64,000 bases of DNA from the human T2T-CHM13v2.0 reference genome, Homo sapiens, in NCBI RefSeq assembly GCF_009914755.1, contig NC_060930.1, one strand, 5' to 3'. Shown here in pieces: positions 58,891 through 64,000 of the stretch. Position numbers and translations under genes: made by a program. The notes beneath the pieces are model-generated. The model saw nothing but the letters and a program-made list of their open reading frames with translations, was not told the origin of the DNA and ran no database searches. Each line of letters begins with the position of its first letter. Positions within the stretch are counted from its first letter, which is position 1.

Positions 58891-60039
58891 AAGAATCTTC
58901 TACACTACTACTTTCAATTTGCCTTTTCTACCACCACTCCAGATTGTGGACAAGATCACTAACAACCATCTTACTTCAGAATCCGTTGTGAACTCTTTCA
59001 CCATTTTTGTTAATTGACCTGTCAGCAAAGCAGCATTTAAAGTGTGGGTCATAACCTCCTTTTGAGAAACACCTTTTCCTTTACTCCTTAATATCACCAT
59101 CCTGTATCTTGGGTTGGTACTTCTCAATGCCCTTTGTGTCAGTGTCTCTTTGTCACATACTTCACTTTCACTTTAATTGCTGGTATTCCTCCTTATTCTG
59201 TTCTGAAGATAGTTGTCTTCTATTCAGCTTTTTTCCTTTGGTGGATACTACCAGATCCCAGGAAGTCAACTAATATGTATATAATATTTATGACAATAAA
59301 ATAAATAATATATTATTTGTAATTTACTATTCTCTCTTCTGGGGAGCTTTCCTTCTTTAAATATGTTGAAAACACTACATTATTTATCATAAATATTTGT
59401 TCATTATATATGACAGTAACATTATTAGGTGGAAATATTATGTGTTGGAAAAAATTGCTCAAATTATATTCATGATCACCGGCTGTTCTAAAATCAATTT
59501 TATTAGGTAATATCTGTGTCACATTATCTCTAAATTTCCGTAATTTTCATAATGAAAATGAAGAATAAAATCAAACTAAGTTTTAAAATGTGAGCTAGTA
59601 ATTTTAGTTATAATGTTTATTTTAACATTAAACTCATGAATAAATAACAAAATTAAATGCAATTCATCATTCTTTGAACATTTCTGAATTTTTGAAGATC
59701 AAATATAAATCTTTCACAAGGCTTGTATTTGACAATGTTGAGCAACTATCTCTGGTGGGAGGTTGTTATTGTACATTTTAAAAATAATTTAGAATACCAA
59801 AAACAATTCCTCACTAGATTCCTTCTGGAAACCAAGAAAATATCCAATAATAATGGCATTCTCTAAACCCAGTTAATTAAAATCTTATGATCCATAAAAG
59901 TAAGATAAATATTACTCATATTTGTAGATAGAACATTAGAGGATTGTTGCTGTATTTTCAGAGTAAGGGTAAAGATTAATCTTTTCATAAGTCAGGATTG
60001 CAATAGCTGTTTTATAAATAGGGTTTTTGGAAGTTAATT

Positions 60040-61160
60040 ATTTATATGAAACATAAAATTATTGTGTCAGATGCTTTTCTAGGGACTGGAGATAAAATAA
60101 TGAACAAAACAGATAACCATATATCACCTCCTTGAACTTAAATTCTGGTGGGAGAACACAGAAAAATAAGTACATACATAGGTACATACGTACACACAAA
60201 ACCTATGATTATGTAATAACCATTATAATTTATAATAATTTAGATGCAGACGAGTATTACGAAAAAAATGAAACAAAAGAGGGTGGGGTTGCTCAGGTAT
60301 GGGTATAGGGTTCATTTTTAAATAATGTGGTAAGGAAATGCCTAACTTTGCAGAACAAGAAGGAGCCCAAGATGACTGTGAAAGAATGAGAGGAGTACAG
60401 ACGTGGGAGAGTGGGAGACCAGGTCCAAAAGGAAAGGAGGTCAGACAATTTAGGTCCTTATAGGGCATTTTGAAGGCTCCTCTTCTTAGTGATATAAAAG
60501 CTTCTACACAGAAGGGGATTTAGCAAACTGACATGCTCTGACCCACATTTGAGCAGAATTGTTCTCCCTGCTGTTGGAGGTAAAAGGCAGAAGCTGACAC
60601 TGACATGGCAGCAATGAAATGGGTGAGAAGTGGTCAGATTTTAAATGTATTTTGTAGGTAAGAGCAACAAACTTTTCTGAGGGATTAAGTAAGAATGTAA
60701 GAGAAAGGAGAAGTCAAGAAAAAAAAAGACTGCAAGGTTTTTGTTTGTTTTTTAACCTTGGCCAACTGGGAAGATAGACTGGTAATTAAGGGAGGAATGG
60801 GAGGGGGTGGATATCACGTGTTTGTTTTGTGCAATTAAGTTACAGTGTTGAATTTAAGATACATCAATATATAATAGGTACCATTAAGGAAACACATCAA
60901 GTGGGCAGTTAGATACAAAACTATGGAGTCCATAGGAAAAGTCTATTGAGCCTTTTCAGGTTATGGATTGTTTTTAAATATATAAAACTAGACAAGAATA
61001 CAAAGGAAATGAAGATAGCAAAGACATGGAAGCCAATATGTAGTGTCCTGGAGTCCAAGTGAAGACGGTACTTTAAAGGGCAAGGAAGGATCAATTTTAT
61101 GACAATCACTAGCTCTTCTAGAATGTCAGTCACTTCATCTGCAATTGGAGGCATTGGAAC
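60040..61160 (-). mobile_element. L2 fragment
   Basis: tgtgtcagatgcttttctagggactggagataaaataatgaacaaaacaga; gagaagtggtcagattttaaatgtattttg. Confidence 0.7.
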
Positions 61161-62054
61161 ATGACCTGATGGACTCCATTCATTCCGGGTCTTAACATTT
61201 TGTGGGACTCACCAGGGTACATGATTAAAAAAAAACAGAATGCTTCAACAAGATTATATTTTCATGGTCATCTCTTTTCAGTGCTTTAAATTTGTGATTA
61301 AGAGAATGTTTGAGATTAATCATGGAAATAATTAAATCATGTCTAAACTCATTATATGAGAGATGAAAGTAATAACACCCAGCCAAGTTTAGTGGCTGTG
61401 AAACATTTAAAATTTGGGGTCAGCCTACAGACTCTTAGGGACAGATTTAGTACGTTATTCAGAAGGCAAAATAGAAATATTTCGGGAGTTGTTAATAATT
61501 TGATAGCTTTATAAGATTATTTGTTAATAAAAATGGTACTAGAATGAACCAAGTAATGACTTTAACATTTGAATATGCACTTACTTTTTATTTTACTTGA
61601 TCACGATTTGGCTCTTTAATTAATTTCATTTACTTTTAATCTTTCTTTTGGCCCAGAGGAAAAATTAACAAGTTGAAATGCCATGTTTGGGTTTAATTTG
61701 AGAATGAGATTTGAAATATGAAATATACCTCTTCTTCAAATCACTTCTGTGGCTTAAAGAATGACAAAGACCTCTATTTCCTACCACATCAGTCACAGCT
61801 CTTCCTAAGCATCACACTTTCAACAGAAATACAGCTGACCTCATAATCATCCCAGATAAACCATTTTTTATTTTCCCTGATCTTCAGTGAACATTTTAAA
61901 AAGGCAGAGTGATTGGAGAGCAATGTGGAGGAGTGAATAGTGCAGCATAGTGCTGAGAGCCCTCAAGAACTAAGCTTTGCTAAGAATGTGGACCTTGTTG
62001 AAGACGTAAGTCATTATCCAGAGATGAAGAGAAGCACCAAGTATTGTGACATAA

Positions 62055-62427
<373 letters not shown>

Positions 62428-63342
62428 ACAAAAATTTTTAAATAAGGAAAATTTTAAAATTGTCACTTCAACTTAAATGTTTCATCTATGAGAGGCTGCA
62501 TAGCGCCTAAAATCTCTCATCATACTTCTTCTCCTGAAAGATGCATTTAATGCTAGAAACATTGACATATGCTACTCTTTATATCTAAAATGTTCCCTTA
62601 ATATGAAAATGTATTAATATTTTAAGGCTTAATTTATACTGCTACTTCTCTGTGAAGACCTGTTTGTCTCATTTCAATTAAATATCTCTTTCTTTTCGTA
62701 CCTTTATTATCTAATTATCTCTACTATTCCTAGTATTCTTAATATTTATTATACATAGGCTCTTGGGGACAGAAGGACTAGTATTCTGCATAGCTTGTAT
62801 TTTGCATTATTACTGGGTTAGTATATTAAATAATTAATAGATGAGTAAATTAATATCACACATCTAAAGTCACCAGATTTTATGTTAAATAAGATATTTT
62901 CTATCTGATTTAAGAAAAAAAATTGAAAGACAAATTACTGTACCTATTGGGTTTCATTAATTGGTTACAGAGTTATAAAATAACCTCAAAAAACAACATG
63001 TTTAAAATGTTACCTATATAATTAAATGTTGACCTTGTGGGACAGTAGATGAAAGTATCAATGTAATATTAATTATTTATGATGATAAAGCCTTTATGAG
63101 ACTTAAAGGAATTTCTGTAAGTCAAAGATTATAACAGTTCACATGTTATGATTTGCTATTTAGTAGTTCTATTTTCACAAATTTTCTAATAAAATTTTGT
63201 TTTATATATATGAATACAAATACATATTATTTAACAATAGATGTCTTTTTATGGGCTGATTATCACAAAAACTTAAAAGGAAATGATTATGTAAGCATGT
63301 TTACAGTCTCTTATGGAATTACTAAGTAAAAAGAGAGAGATT

Positions 63343-63370
63343 AAATTGTTAACTTTAAAGTTAACAATTT
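63343..63370. repeat. Perfect 28-bp palindrome
   Basis: aaattgttaacttt|aaagttaacaattt. Confidence 0.95.
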
Positions 63371-63478
63371 TAACTGGGTGAAGGGCCCATGGAATCCTCC
63401 TTTATTATTTTCTACAAGTGCATGTGAATCTACAATTATCTCTAAATGAAAAAAACCTTAATAGAAATATTTTCACAC

Positions 63479-63872
63479 TTACTAAGGACTGAATTGTGTC
63501 CTTGTCAAAATTCATTTGGTGAAGTCCCAGCCCCCACCCCAATAATTCAGAAAGTAACTGTATTTTTACATAGGGCCTTTAATGATATAATTAAGGTAAA
63601 TGAGGACATGTGGGTGGGCCCTAATCCAATATGATTAGTGTCCTTATAAGTAAAGGAGATTAGGACATAGAGGCACAGAGGGAAGACCATGTGAGGACAC
63701 AAGATGGCCATTTAAAAGCCGAAAACAGAGAGGCCTATGAAGAAACAACCCTGCTGACACTTTAATCTCTAACTTCTAGTCTCCGGAAATGTGAAAATAT
63801 TAAATTTTAGTTTTTAAGCCATCCAGTACATGGCCCTTTTTTTTACGATTGTCCTAACAAATCAATATAACA
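63479..63872 (+). mobile_element. MLT1A0/MLT1B-type LTR
   Basis: ggactgaattgtgtcc...gggtgggccctaatccaatatga...aaccctgctgacac...tttttaagccatccagt. Confidence 0.85.
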
Positions 63873-64000
63873 CTAAACAGAGCATTTTATTTTAAAATAC
63901 ATATAACCAAAAGTAGAAGAAAAGTCTAATAGCAAAGAAAACTATCAATGTAATTGGCCATATTAGCAGATGGAATGAGACAAAATCATGGCTCATCTTT

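Overview
AT-rich, repeat-dense primate (almost certainly human) genomic DNA inside the EYS (eyes shut homolog) gene, which runs on the minus strand. Three coding exons are present: 32989-33182 (194 nt), 30293-30420 (128 nt) and 12212-12326 (115 nt). All have canonical AG/GT boundaries and splice in one continuous frame into EGF-like repeats. They match my recollection of human EYS exons 6-8 (c.863-1299). The rest is intronic and dominated by transposon relics: a full-length, dead L1PA10-like element with a younger L1PA7/8-like fragment nested in ORF2, a 5'-truncated L1PA2/3-like element, several twin-primed L1s, seven Alus, a near full-length Tigger1 inside a MER33, an MLT2A (HERV-L) solo LTR, MLT1 LTRs, MER5/MER58/MER96, L2 and microsatellites. 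Repeat subfamily calls come from remembered consensus motifs, not a database search. I found no evidence of a new multi-gene biological system. The most interesting signals are local: a recursive-splice-like YAG|GTAAGA site 70 nt upstream of exon 7, systematic loss of EGF cysteines, a sense-oriented MLT2A LTR downstream of exon 8, repeat pairs that could delete exons, and a templated 132-bp duplication next to a template-switch scar.
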